From Girardia tigrina (taxonomy: Eukaryota): a DNA stretch of 64,000 nt. A program made the position numbers and the translations under genes. Within the stretch, counting starts at the first letter, position 1, and every line of letters starts with the position of its first letter. The notes beneath the pieces were generated by a model. The model saw only the letters and a list, made by a program, of their open reading frames with translations, did not search any database and was not told the DNA's origin. The stretch is taken from assembly GCA_001938485.1 (NCBI GenBank), contig MQRK01220805.1, positions 74,757-138,756 on the forward strand, in the 5' to 3' direction. Shown here piece after piece: positions 39,001 through 54,000 of this stretch.

Positions 39001-42000
39001 CATTTGGAGTTGGCTGGAGGAAAGAGCGTGTTCAAAACCGTGCAACTTCATACAGTCATTGAAAAAGAGTCTGAAGAAGGCATGGGATGAATTACCGTTG
39101 AAAATGATTCAGAAAGCGATTGATGACTTCCCGAAGCGATTGCAAAAGTGTATTGATGCCAATGGCGGCCATTTTGAAAAAAAAATAAGTTGTATATACC
39201 GTTTTTGTTGATATTGTTATGTTTTGAATAAATTTTGTTTAACGGAAAACAAAATAATTGTCAAATTTAAAGTGGTCGTTTTTTTTGCGCACCCTGTATA
39301 ATTAAAATAAAATCCCACATTCCGAAACTGTTCTGATTAAATGGATTTTAATGGATTCTAATGCATATGCTATGATACAATTGAATGAACTAGTACAACA
39401 ATAAACAAGGTGAAGTAGAATTATCTAATTAAATTCTCACCTAAAATTTAATGATATAATTTTATGTAAACAACTTTTGATCTCTCCTGTATGTAAAATT
39501 AACAATAATTTGCATTTCTTATAGTTATTATACTGGTGTTCCAAAAACATTATACACTCTGGATGATAGCAAATTGATGCTGAAACAAAGTATGGATCAT
39601 GTTTCAGAACAATCGACAAGGTAAACAGTGATGATGTACCATTTGAAAACTGCATTTTGTTTAAATGTTTCAAGAAATTCAAATCTATTTTGACCATTTT
39701 TTAAAATCTAATAAAGATAATACAAAAATAACACTGTGTAACAAAATTTTTCGAAAGTTTCTCCCGCAAACGGTTTTCAGAATTTTTTTGATACTTTTCA
39801 ACATACTGGTTTTGAATTTGTTATCAGTTTTCTTTTTCCGTCTCCGACTTAACCTAGGAATTAAAAAAAAGAATTTAGCAAAAAACCCTCATTTTTTATT
39901 TTTTTTTTCATTTCAGATTTGTTGTAATGACCAGAAAATGTTCCACAAGAAGTTATAGTTCAAAATATTAATAGCAAAGAAGTTCAAACTGACAAGAATA
40001 GCATAACAATGGATTATAAAGTCATGTGTGAACAATCAAAAGTGACGGTTTGTACGAGACTGTCTTTTATGTTGTGTTTCTCTCGTCTCTAATCAAAAAC
40101 CAAAGGTAATCTCCCATCATTGCTGTATCCCGCGGTCCTTGGTACCTTTTCTCCATTGTTTGCATATCCTGGTGGAAGCGTTCCCCCTGTTCCTCGCTAA
40201 AGTCACCAAAGTTTTCCAGTAAACAATGCAGATGCGAATGCAAATAATGAAGTTTCAACGACATTCTGTAGCCCAGTTTTTCGAAGTGTTTGAGCAAATC
40301 ACTGATCAGTAGTTGGTACTCGTCATTCTTCTTATTTCCCAAGAATCCTTTTACAACTTTCCTAAAGGCTCTCTAGGCATTCCTTTCTTTAGGAGTCATC
40401 TTATTTTCCAAGTCCTCTGACGCCAACATAAGTCTAATGTGAGGGCCCGTGAATACACCAGCTTGGATTTTAGCTTCAAACAACTTGGAAAACATTTTGC
40501 TAATATATTTGAAAGCCCGTCCGCTGGGATTTAAAGCTTTTACAAATTGTTTCGCAAGTCCAAGCTTTACATGTAATGGCGACAGCAAGATCTTTTCTTT
40601 TCCAACTAAAGGAGGGTGTATGACATTGTACTTTCCAGGAAGAAGTGCATCTCTAAGGGGCCAATCTTTTGTAGCATAGTGTCGATCTGTAGGTCGACTA
40701 TCCCAGAGGCAAAGAAAGCAGGAATATTTTGTATATCCGCCTTGTAATACAAGCAAAAATCCAATCATCTTAAAGTCTCCTCAGACCTTCCACTTATATT
40801 TGTCGTAATCAATCATTTGTAATAAGATTTTCACATTTCCGTACTCTTTTTTGAGGTGGAAGGGAAAATATTGCCGTTAAGGAGTAAAACAGCCTTTAAG
40901 CTTCCACTTGAGCTATCGATAAATAGCCGTCAGTGACTTGGATGATGTTATAACCAATTTCTTGAAAAGGCCCAGTCAAGTCTGAGCAGTAGCACAACGA
41001 GTCTTTCATCGTATAAAACTTCGAGAAACATTCATGTCGTTTTCGATAAATTGATGATTTGCAGGTTTGATCAAGCAAAATCCACTCTTTCAAACGAGAG
41101 GTAAGTAGTTCAGAATTTGATTTCGTAAGTCCTAAGTCTCTTATTAAGTCATCCAGCTCCTGTTGATTAGGAAAGTGCGGGACATTCTTTGAACTTTTTT
41201 CAACAAAATCCACGTCAGCGTCACTATCTTCTTTATGAGAAAACTCATCGTCAGAGATGATTTTTAGAGGTAGTGGTTGAGGTACTGGTAATTCTTTAGA
41301 GTGGAACACGGGGGCTAAAGATGATGGGATGTTGGGATAAATAAGACTTTTTCGATCTGTGGGATTTTTAAATTTGGAAATGTCTACCATACAGTAATAG
41401 CAATCATCGTGGTGATTTGTTGGCTCTCTCGATATCCGAGGGATTCCAAAAGGCCTGATGCTGCAATTACCATTTAGCCATTTTCCTAAATTTGACCGGC
41501 AAGTATCACAACTGAAATGTGGCGCCCATGATTTGTCTTGATCAGTGACAAGAACACCAAAGCCTCATAAGCAGTACATAATTTACTACCAGTTGAAAAT
41601 GCATATTTTCGTTGTTTTGGAGCTATATAATACCCACATATATAGCAAAAGGAGTCGTGGGAGATTTGACATGCTCGCTTGCTCGTCATGGTAGGTAATT
41701 GAAAATACTTAATAATGTAAATGAGTTATTGATACGTTTAAACAAAAGGGAAGTCTATTGCGTATTAATCTAAAACAGAAAAATAGAAAATAAAGAAAAT
41801 ATTAAATAGCGCCAAATAATTAGATGGTGTGCAAATATAATATCATATTCGTAATCAGCATACTCAAATTGTGTAAGGAACAGAAATTATTTTGCGCGAA
41901 AAAAATTGTTGCACAGTGTAATTAATTATTAAATCCGAAACACATTCGATTTACAGTTTTTTTTAAAAAACGTTGAATCAAGACTTTATTTTGAAGAAAG

Positions 42001-45000
42001 AAAGCGATCTTGAAAATCTTTCAGAATAACTGCTCATGTCTACAAAAATGAGGTTTTCTCTTTATGCCATTTGTCCTACCCCTGGATTAAGTGAGGAACT
42101 TGTGTTGAATTCCCGTCGTCTTCCTCAGATCTGACCTCAATGTTTTTGGATAATTAAAAGAATATACATCATAAACAAAGTCAACAATAATTTCAGAGTT
42201 GCAAACAGCAATTGAAAACGAATTCGTATGATTATCGTAGTTTCTCTTATATCCATGATCATTATCATATGACTAACCTAGAACGGATTTCATGTCGAAC
42301 ATCTAAAATTATTAGAAAAAACTGTTATATTTTGGAATAATACACTTTCTCATATTTTTGATATACAATTTTTCATTATCATTTAAAAAGTGTATAAATT
42401 TTAGGAACACTCTGAATATATAAAAACCGAATTTATTATTATATTATGTAAAAAATATAAGAAAAAGATTAAAAATAATTTACTTTGTCTCTGAATAATT
42501 TATTATCTATAGCCGTCTTTATTTTCCGCATTTGTTCTAATGGATCAGTGGGTATATCTAAATTTAAATAAATTTATCTCACTCGTAATTATCATTTAAC
42601 TACCTTTACTGTGCAGTGGTTGATCACCTGAACAGGTTGGTACTTAAAGGTTTGAAATAATTAAAACAGTCAAATAAATTTGATTACCTTCTTTTGTGTC
42701 TGCTTGAACGGGCTTATGAATCAATGAATATAGGTCCGAGACCAGATTTGAAAGAGAATTAAACTTATCTTTTTCATTAATTAATTCATTCTGTAATTTA
42801 AACATGTTAGAATCCATTTTTTGGATAAAATTGTGAGAAGAATGAATTATATTGGATGTAATGGTAGAAGCATATTTAATCATCTTTTCATCTTTACAAC
42901 AGGAGTTCTGACACGTATCAGAACAAATTGGTAATTGACTAAAATAAAACAGGAATCAAATTAAGGACATTAATAGCCAACATTATAACACTAACTCATC
43001 ATCAGGATCTTCTTTTCCTTCTAAAACAGACCCGCTTGTATTTTGATCTTTATGATCATCAATTGAGATTTGACTCATTTCCCAATCAAAAATTTGTGAT
43101 TGATTAACAAAAGAATCATCGGTTTTATCAAACTAGACAACAATATATATATAATGATACAAAAAATAAAAATATTAATTACATATTTCTGAATTTCCTT
43201 TAAGTCTTGTGTTAGATTACTGAATATATTTCAGTTAAAATTATAAATTAATAGGAGAAAATATAAAAATGGATACCTTATTGCATTTGTATGATGAGAA
43301 TGACTTTCAGAAAAGTTTTCACGTTCAAAACCTTTCATAGGAGTACTCTTGGAAACACCTTCCAAGCCTGATTTGAATTTATCAGGAGAATTTATACACC
43401 TGCCATTCATCAGATCAGATTGATTACAATTAGTTGGCTTTATTTCTCGATTTTTATCTTTCTCCAGTGAATCTTCCTCGCTGATAGATAATTCACTATC
43501 ACTGAATAAAGTAATATTTGGAGCAATATGACAATACTCTGGATTCTATGAAAAGTATATAAGATACCAACATATCCATAAAAATACAAACTTTATTTAT
43601 ACGTTTAGGGATTTGAGTTCTACTAGCCAGGGCTTCCAATTTGGCTGTCAGAGCTGACTTTTCATTCACATGACCATTAGATATTTTTTCAGATATTTTT
43701 TTATTTTGTATACTTAATTCATTTAGACTTTTCTCAAGATTTTGCTTTTCTTGAAGTAATTCCAAATCTAAATTATTCATATTTTAAATGATAACGAAAT
43801 ATTAAATGGACAAACAAGGGAAAAATATTTTCATGTTTACAGTTGAGTTTAAAAGAATTTCAGTTTTCTTATTCTTTACAATTATTAGACAAAAATCTTC
43901 CAAAAATTCTAGACAAATATTCACTTGTCAAATGCTCATTTTTTTATCATTACACATTTATCCTTCGAAATGAACTTTATAAATCTGACAGAAACCCTTA
44001 GAATCAAAACCGTCTACGCATAGAGAAATCATGAATACTTCTCAGATACCATACGATTTGATAAGGCTACAATAATCTATAAATATTATCTTTTCACACT
44101 TTTCAACTTGCGATTAAAGATACCATACTCTCTCAGCGCTATGTGGCTGTCGCTCACATAAAATCTATGATTATTGTCGAACATTTCAAACATTGCCACA
44201 ATGGCATCTATGATACGTGTTTATCTAGCATCCTTTCTTAGAGGCATTCCATATGTAAGTCTTCAGTATAGCTAGAGACATTATCATTGATCATCGATCT
44301 TGAATTCTTCCAGAAAATGAAGAAAATCTCATCCTTTTAAAATTTAATTGGCATTTGATTGACTTATGAACTTTTAAAATATAATTTAGAAAGTGGTTGT
44401 TTATTGCTTCTTGATTACGAATGAATACCTCTGCAATCGATTTATTTAGACTAATAAAACGTAAAAGTTTATTTTTGTTTAATAAATTGATGTTTGCAAT
44501 GTTCCGCTTTTATTTCATTCAAAAACTACAACAATAATACTTGTAATGCATTTTTTACCAACGTTATATTTCGTCTATTGTAATATATTTAATTACTCTT
44601 TGGTTTAAATGTTTAACTTTTTTTTATTTTTTGCAAAACCGGCACCGGCTTCAATAAATGCCGGGCTTGACTTAAAAAAATGAAACCGGTATATCCCTAA
44701 TTAATATTAAGTTAAATATAATAATGACTAAAGTTATATAGAAAATATAGATGTTGAAGCAGTAAATATTTATATTATTATTTGTTCCATCACATTATGA
44801 TTTCATTACTGAACATTAGCATTTATTAGCCCTTTCACCGGACAATACGTTTTGAGATTTTGAATCGGCGAAGTTTATATTATGCGAGTTTTTTAGTGTT
44901 GAGCAATTTGAGAATATTTTACGTGTATGCAACGAGTGTTTGGTTCATGTAAAGCAGAAAAAGTCGTATTGAGAGGGAAACTAATTTAAAATATGACGCG

Positions 45001-48000
45001 AAAATACACGTTCAGAGCATTTGAGGTACTAAAGTTTTTCCGAAAATAAGTATAGAACAGTAAAGGGTTAAATGAAGATAAATCTGTTAATTTCAGTACA
45101 CCAATGGAAAATGTGTAAAGATGTCTTGTAAAAGAAATCCCAAAACAATATCTTAATGTTTGTCCAATAAAAATATAATACTTTAGCATGAATAATTAGC
45201 AGAAATTTATGAAAACAATTTTGATAACATCCGGAAATGTCAGTATTATGTAATTAGCATTAATATTCATAGCGTCAAAAAGTTTTATCAAAACAAGAAT
45301 CCTTTTAGGAAATCTAAATATTGTATTAAAGAATGGTATGGCAAATCATAATTATGATTATATGTATATAATCATGACAACGATGTACAAATAAAACAAG
45401 TTAGAATAAACCAGTGAGATCATGAAGTGTTTTTTAATAAACATTTGTACGATGTGAGAGCTCGAAATTGAAAGCATACAACGAAAATCGTTTATTTTTT
45501 CCTTTAAATTTCGTCGTCACATAAATAAAACATCACATAAAAAGTAATCCTTTTTTAAATTTTCGCCATAACAAACATAATTCAATTGATTTAAAAAAAC
45601 ATACATTTTCGTCCATTATATATGTATTTATGTATTTTAAAAATATATGTATTTTAATATATGTATTTTAAAAACATCAACGAAATACTGAATCAATTTT
45701 GAATTGGTCACGTGTTTTTAGATTACCACTACGTTGTGGTTTGTTATTTTCCAATTATTTATTTTTTTATTTCGCACTTTTGGCAACAAATGCCTCTTTT
45801 TTTGATAATCAATATATTTATAAATGATAAAAATAATTTAATCAAAAGAGAACATAAATCATTTTGTATTTAAATTTGAAGTCCAATTAATTAGATCCTC
45901 CATTTCTTCGTCACCTGATTAATTTTCAATATAATGAGACTTGTTTATTTTCATTTATAAAATACAAAGAATTTGAATTTGGTTGATTGATGTGAACTAA
46001 TATTTTTGGATGAGTTTTAGTTTCCACAAAACGATTTCTGATTGATTCAAATTGTTAGGATGAAAAAGAGGAACGATATAATATAAAATTGATTTATCCA
46101 TAATTGTATTGATTAAACGGAACTTGTCAAATCGAGGCTCATGTATTTCCAATCATTTCTTTCTCCTCCCCAGCGTAGGTTAAAACATTCGCTCAGCGAA
46201 CACAGTCTATAGAAATACACCTGATTGTGTTTTTGTATTAATGTTTTGTAATCGATTGTGATTTGGCACAGTATTTTAAAAAATAGTTTTCTATTTTCAT
46301 AATTTGTTTGCTGTTTGTAAAATCTTGTAAAAACATTCACATAAACTTTAATATTATTATAACTAAGTTTAAACTCATCTTTCATGTACTTTGCACAAAT
46401 GTAGCATTATATAAGCATTTTTATGATTAGAAAATGTAATGATTTTGGAACATATAGCTAATCGACAATTTTTAAATATTTTAGGTATCAATTTTCAAAA
46501 ACATTTTTCTAAATGTTTTTATTGTAAGAAAATAACTTGTATTAAAACAAGTTGAAAAACCAGTTTATTAAAACTTAAAAAATCACTTCTCTTTCAATAC
46601 AAGGTATGTATTCAAAGTACAATTAGGTGTCCTCCAATTGAAACCACTTAACCATTATCGAACAATCATCTCTATCCATTTAAGAAAATATAACAGATTT
46701 TAGGAAACCAAAATGTACGTCCTCAAACTCATTCTGAGCAAAAGAAACTCCTTGATAATCATACTCAATTCTTCGAAATAAATTATGGTAGTTTTTACGA
46801 CCATCTACAAAGACTCAAAACCGAATTTTCCAATAATCTTAATGTCTACTCAATTGTGATTGATGCCCTTGACCGACGATACCCTACGAACAACACTTTA
46901 TTACAAGTTCTTATTTGGTCCACAGAAAATGTGAACAAATAATGTCATAATGACATTAAAAACATCGACCTCGCTGCTAAACATTTGAAATAATTTGAAA
47001 TGTTCATATAAATAGAAAAAATCAATACATCGACTTAGTTCTCACATAGTAAAGTTAGATGAATGACACAGTAATCCCCGCAATCCACACGTGATACACG
47101 ATAAAATACAAGACGAATGTCAACATATTTATTTTTGTTTTCATTTCAGTGAATATATGTAATATTATTAAATGGAACTAATATTCAAAACATACTGTTC
47201 TGAAGAACTGTATGATAACCTTATAACACCGGATGGGATCGAGAATCCTAAGAACGTAGGACAATATTTAATGATATTTTTAAACAAATTTATGAACGTA
47301 GAATCTTAATTTTAGATTGCCCGATAAAAAAGTTAAAACATAAAACAATAATTTAAAAAAATTTTAATGTAAAGAAATTATACAAATAAATTGATTAAGT
47401 TAATAATTGAAATTTATCGAAACTTTCATATCATAGTAATATTAATACTTTTATTTTTAAAACTATTTATAAATGTGAGGCTTGATTCATGGCCGGCGCC
47501 ACCATTGGAGCGATGTGGCTATAGCCCTCACACCCACTGACACTTTGGGGCTGCGTATATGTAAAGCCCCCACACTTTTTTATCATAATATTAACTGTGA
47601 GTGTGATTTTGAGATGTTGGATACACAAACAATATCTGGAGTTTACTAATCATTAAATTGTGTGTGCAAGTGAATATGAATAACATGACAACTCGGGCAT
47701 AATTGTATGTACTGTGGAGAGATAAGTTCGCACACAAAGTCAAGCCACCCCGTTACCGGCGACTGGCAGACACTGTACATTCAACATCGCGTTTGATGTA
47801 TGCGTGCACGTCGTATGTATGCCGTGATAGAGAGAAGGGCAAATGTCTCTGTGCGTCTTGTGTGAATGTAAAGTTAAATGTCTGGAAGGAGGATAGAGAG
47901 AAATAAACTAATACCTTTTTGTTGATGTAAGTAATAATTTAGGTTAACTTGACTCATGTGTGTGCGCACGGTTAATTATACCGGCGTCTCTTAGCCCCCA

Positions 48001-51000
48001 TACATGAACATTTTAGTTTACTGTGTAGAGTATAGGGTATTATTTTCTTTAATACGTACAGAGCCCGTTGAACTGACCGCAGGTGAATGACTTCACGTAA
48101 AACACCTAAATTACGAGGACTGGAAGCCTTTGGATTTTCAAAGAAGAGCGGTGTTGCTGCAGAACCAATGTCGTCTGCTTCATGTGCACCAGTCATTTCT
48201 GCTAGTAATTCATCTATTCATTCCACTAAGGATTTCTGCTAGTAATTCATCTATTCATTTCCCTAATGTTTGTGAGACTGCATCGTCATCATGTACTATT
48301 GCTGTCAAGGCAACTATTCCAGCTGTAGAATCATGTGAGTCTGCAAGTTGTGTTAGTGACTTATCAATTCATTCCCCAAAGGAGTGTGAGATAGGAAATA
48401 TATCCTCATTATGTATTCTTGGTATCCATGAAATTGAAGAATACCTTCTTGGACTTGTTTCAACAAATAGAATGGATGCTGAAAGCCTTTCACATTATTG
48501 AAGATGTACTCATCCTGTGCATGCTTACACTTGAAGATTGCAGAGGACAAGGGTACGATGGTGCGGCAACAATGTCAGGAAGAATGTCATGAGTTCAGGC
48601 AAGAGTCCAACAAAGAAACCCTTCAACTCCATTTTTTCATTGCCTTATGCATTCCACTGATCTTGGAATTAATGACGTTTTACGTTCTTCTACTTTGATG
48701 AAAAAATCCTTGGACGTTGTGGGAACAATAATAAATTTTGTTCGTGGTTCTCCAAAACGTGTGAATCAATTACAAGATATTGATATTGCTTTAATGAAAT
48801 TGAAGAAAATGATGTATTATCATCACGAAAGCCAAGGTTGCAGCCACTTTGTCCTACACACAAAACTCAAAGAGCACTTTCTATATCATCTCTGTTAGAA
48901 AATTATAGTAACGTCGCTGAGTTATTAGACACAGTAGCAGAGAACAGCATGCCAAGTTCAACAACGGCTGCTGGATTATCTACCACCATGCATAAGTTTG
49001 AATTCTTTTTGGTCGTTAACCTACTGCACCTAATCATTGATGTTTTCGAATGTGAGTCCGCATCCATTAAAAGACCAGAAATGACCATGGATGTTGCCAT
49101 GGCTACTGCTGACATAGGGATTATAAAGTTGAATGCTTTGAGAAATGACGAAGGTAATGAAAATTTCTGGATCTCCTTTGAAAAAAAGCGAGACAATGCA
49201 GCAGTTGATGAACCGAAACTCCCACGGAAACGCAAGGCTCCACGACGAATTCAAGAAGGTTCCCGCAGTATTTCATGCTACGCCAAAAGACTTCTTCCGG
49301 GCTATCTTCTTTGAAACTATTGATTTAAGTGTTATGTCTCTCACTGAGCGTTTAAACAGTGAGGGAGTTAAATTAACACAAAAAAGTGGAAAATATATTG
49401 ATTTTGTCCTCCCATCTGGACAAAAAAGTCATAGTACTACCACCATTCATTTCGAATCTTTTTCATGATATTTGTGAATCGTACCCAAAGGACTTCTCTG
49501 AGACAATTTCGTCGAAAGAACTCTTTATGTTTTCCAGTATCACAGGGCCCATTGTAGCTTGATGGAAATAAAGAAGATGCGTGATCCAATTGTATCTAGT
49601 CAAAATTTCCTCCCTAATGTTCATGAACTGCTCCGTGTATCGAGTTTAATCCCTGTCGCCACAGCAACCTCAGAGAGATCTCTTGGAGGTTTAGAGGATC
49701 AAATCATACTTATGAACGACTATGACGCAAAATAGAACATGCGCTCTACTCGTGTTGACAACACACCGCACTCTTCTTGATCTGGTCTCAGATATTAATA
49801 TAGCACAACAATTTGTGAATGGAAAGCCAGATAGAAAGAGTGTGTTTGGAAATTTCATTTAACAATCTGTTCATAAATACAACTATAAGTTCTTCATACA
49901 TCTCATTTAGTAGAATGAGGCAACCAAACCAAATTTTGCAACCAAAATCACACATTAATACATCTAATCCTTCTATTATTGATGAGGGAACCATATCCCA
50001 AAATGAATGGCATTGATGGATACAGAGACTAACAAACATCTTAGCTAAAATGATTTCGTTTTTTATCCTTATTCATTATGTAACTAATTAACTATGCTAA
50101 ACGAATATTTAGTGTCGTTACCAACGACTCGCTAGCCTATGAAGCGAAAAAAATTAAAGAAGAATTCCCGCTCCGTTTATTATCGAGTAGCCCCATGCGA
50201 GAACTGAACAGTTTTAGATTTTCCAATTTTAGCCCCCACACTCATCAAAGTGTAGCGCCGTCCATGGCTTGATTTGATAACAAAATAACATCTTTCCATT
50301 ACTTAAATATTTTAAACATTCATACTGGATAACTAAAAATAAGAAATGTTTTCAATTATCAAAATAAATATTAAAGTTTATAGAAGAAATCACCATGCGA
50401 GCCTACGTGGTTAAACTACGTATTTTAAATTGGTGAACAGCTCGAGTTAAAAGTGAAATAAATATAATGAGCATTTTGGCTTAAAAACTGAAAAATTATA
50501 TAACCAGTGATTCATGTAAAGCTAACATTAAGTTATAAACCGTGTTTCCTCAATTAAAAAACTAATTAAATGTATAGAGTGTACAAGAACTAGAATATTT
50601 TAAATAAATAGAATACAAGGTACATTTTTTAATTTTAATTTTTAATTACTTTTTTAAAAAAAGTTTAGAGATAAAATAACAATGGTTAAAAGAAGACTAT
50701 CCAATAATGAAAGAAATCTTGTAATTCGCAAATATGAAGAAGGAAAAAACGCGTCTCAAATTTCTACTGAAAGAAATTTACATCAATCATCAACTTATTT
50801 AAAAGTACAGGTCGAGTAAATTCATTGAAAGGAAGACCTCAAAGATCGAAAAAAATAAGAGACAACGCAAAGATCTTACTGGAGACAGCTATTGAAGATG
50901 TTTCAGTTACATTAAAATCTATGAAAGAAAAATTGTCTACGAATCTAAACATCGATGTATCTCTGAGTACGATATGCAAGGAATTGAAAAATTCGAACTA

Positions 51001-54000
51001 TTCATTTAAACGGGCGCAATTAGTTCCACTTGCAAGGAATGCTATTAATAATGTAGAAATAAAGATACGATTATCGTAATAACTATTTACTATTAAATGA
51101 AGGTAAAATAGTTTTTTTCTGAATGAGTTTGATGTAACCAGACAAAGATATGGTCGAAGTCTAATTAATACTGTTTCGCGAAAAAAATATACGAACTATA
51201 CGCTCAAAAAAATTTTAGTCTTAGTCTGGCTAAAATTGGGGTATTATTGCACAAAATTCAAGATCGTCCATTTACCAGTGAAACATTTTATTCTTTTGTT
51301 GAGAATCTATTAACTTTAATGAACAATTTCGGAATTATCATAATTATGGATAATTGTAGTATTCATAAGGGAGACAGAATATTAAACCTAATAAAGTATA
51401 ACCAACATGAGGTAATATTTTTACCACCGTACAGCCCACAACTAAATCCCATCGAAGAAATGTTTTCTAAATGGAAATGCTTAATAAAAAGCACCAATTC
51501 AAATACGACCGAAGACTTAATATCTGCTATTAATACTTCTCTCACGCAAATAGCAATACCTGATTGTTGTGGATATTTTCAACATGTTCGACAATATGCA
51601 GTTAAAGGTATCAGAAAAGAAGATTTTTAATCTTTACAAATAAAATTTATTGCAATAAAATTTTTCTATTTGTAATTCAAGTTTTTTTCTATTTTTAAGT
51701 ATCTGCTATTGCATTGTTATTTTTATTTTTGCTGTATTTAGAAATTCTAAACGTTTGGTTATGTATTTGTTTTATTTTAACTAAGTGGATTAAATTAAAA
51801 TGAAAACGGATTCAGTTAAAATGCAAAAGGATTAAGTTAAGCTGAAACCCTGTATTGTCTTATTTTTATTATTGTCTTTACATTAAAGAGGGTGGGGCAA
51901 AAAGATCTGATATATTCGAAATTTTAATAAAACAAAATTAAAATAAATAATAAAAATACATTTTTTTAACATTAAAAAAATTTAAGAAATTTAAATTATA
52001 TGAAAACTTGATAAATATTTATTTGATTTCATTTAAGTTGTATGTAAATTTTAAATGTGTCAGATATTTTTGCACCAATTTGTATTTTGCAAACGAATAA
52101 CGTTTTTACTAGCGACAACGCAAGGACCTTCTTGTAAATACTGATTGTATTTTCAAAATGAAAGAACAAAGTAAAGGTTTTTTTCGAATATTTTTAGAAA
52201 TTTTTACTAAGTTTCTATTGATGAACAAAATCCATATGAAAATAAACAAATTGTAGAGTAATTAGACTTAGTTTAGTTCAATATTTGTCACTGGTGCGCT
52301 TTTCGAATTATCCTTTTATTTTGACGGTTCATCAATACTGATTAATAATACATCAATGTAAAGACCAGACAATTATAAATTTTTCGACAAATGCTGATGG
52401 TATATATCAAAGTCAATCAAGTATAAATTAAATGAAACTTTTGTTAAATTCTTGTGACACGCTAAAGTAGCACAGACATGGAATGTAATGAAGAAAAATT
52501 TAAATTAATTATTGACTAACTTCAAAAATTGTGACACGGTTATCATCGTTTTTTGATTGATTAATCATAATAGACACTGTATAAAAAGTATATAAACGTT
52601 GTTGCTCAATTCTGTAGCTATAACCAAAACAGTAAAATTTTATTCGTCGACATGTCTTAAATTAGTTGACTTAACTAAGTTAAAAGCTTGAACAACGTCT
52701 GCCAACAACTGCAGTATTATACTTTCCTGATAAGATTCGAAAAATGATATTGTATACGGATGCCAACTTTGAAGCAATTAAGATTGTATTAACCATTAAT
52801 TGCATTGTGTTGCTTTTAAGCAACTTACCTGATTTATGGAATTTTGGATAATGTAAACTACATAAAACGGTCTGATGTAGTTATGTTGATATCTAGGGAC
52901 AAAAACCAAACTGAAAAAAAATTGAAAAATAGAAACTTAAGAGTAAGAAATATTTTCTACCGTAATTTACAATGTAGAGGGTTAAGTCAATTACAAAATG
53001 TTGATTCCTAATCAATATTGACCTACAGATTTATTGCAATTCTATTTTGAAAGCCTTAGATAATGCAATAAGTTTAAAAGTAATATCCCGTACCCAGAAA
53101 ATTGAAAGCATGTTTGGCAATAAATCTCAAACGCCATTGGGATTGTGTTCGGATCTCATTTACCAATATACATGTAATGGGTGTAACGCCACATACATTG
53201 GAGAGACTTCACGTCATCTCTGTAAGAGAATCCAGGAACACAGTCGCANNNNNNNNNNNNNNNNNNNNNNNNNNNNNNNNNNNNNNNNNNNNNNNNNNNN
53301 NNNNNNNNNNNNNNNNNNNNNNNNNNNNNNNNNNNNNNNNNNNNNNNNNNNNNNNNNNNNNNNNNNNNNNNNNNNNNNNNNNNNNNNNNNNNNNNNNNNN
53401 NNNNNNNNNNNNNNNNNNNNNNNNNNNNNNNNNNNNNNNNNNNNNNNNNNNNNNNNNNNNNNNNNNNNNNNNNNNNACTATATAAGTAAATTTCGTTTGA
53501 AAAATCATTTGTTCTGACGATGACGGTTAAACCGTCGAAATTAATAAACGTTTTTAATTGGCTTTCAAGTTTTGATTTTAATAACTTGCCAATTTAATTC
53601 AATTTATTCACCATTATCTTATTGTAAGCATTATTTATAAGGAAAGCATTTCATATCCAATATAGCTTTTAAAGTATTTTTATTTAGACTATTTTGATTC
53701 AGAAAAGGATACAAAAAACTCGACATGATTAGTTAAGGGATACGTTGATCATAAATGTGCCTTATTGTGTTTTCACGATCTGTACACAATTAAAAAATCG
53801 TATCAGAGGCCGGTGAACGGTCAATTGTCTGGTACAATTATTATGAATTATGTCGTTTTAGGTACAATAAGTTATACGAAGAAATGAAACAATCAAGTTA
53901 GTAACTACTTTATTTTTGATTATTTTCTCAATTCTTTGAAAAAATAGAAAATTTATTTAATATATATATTTTAATTGACTTTTATTAATTTTTTTAATTT

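Noticed and set aside
53249-53476. Long ORFs spanning the N run
   Set aside because: Open only because of undefined bases.
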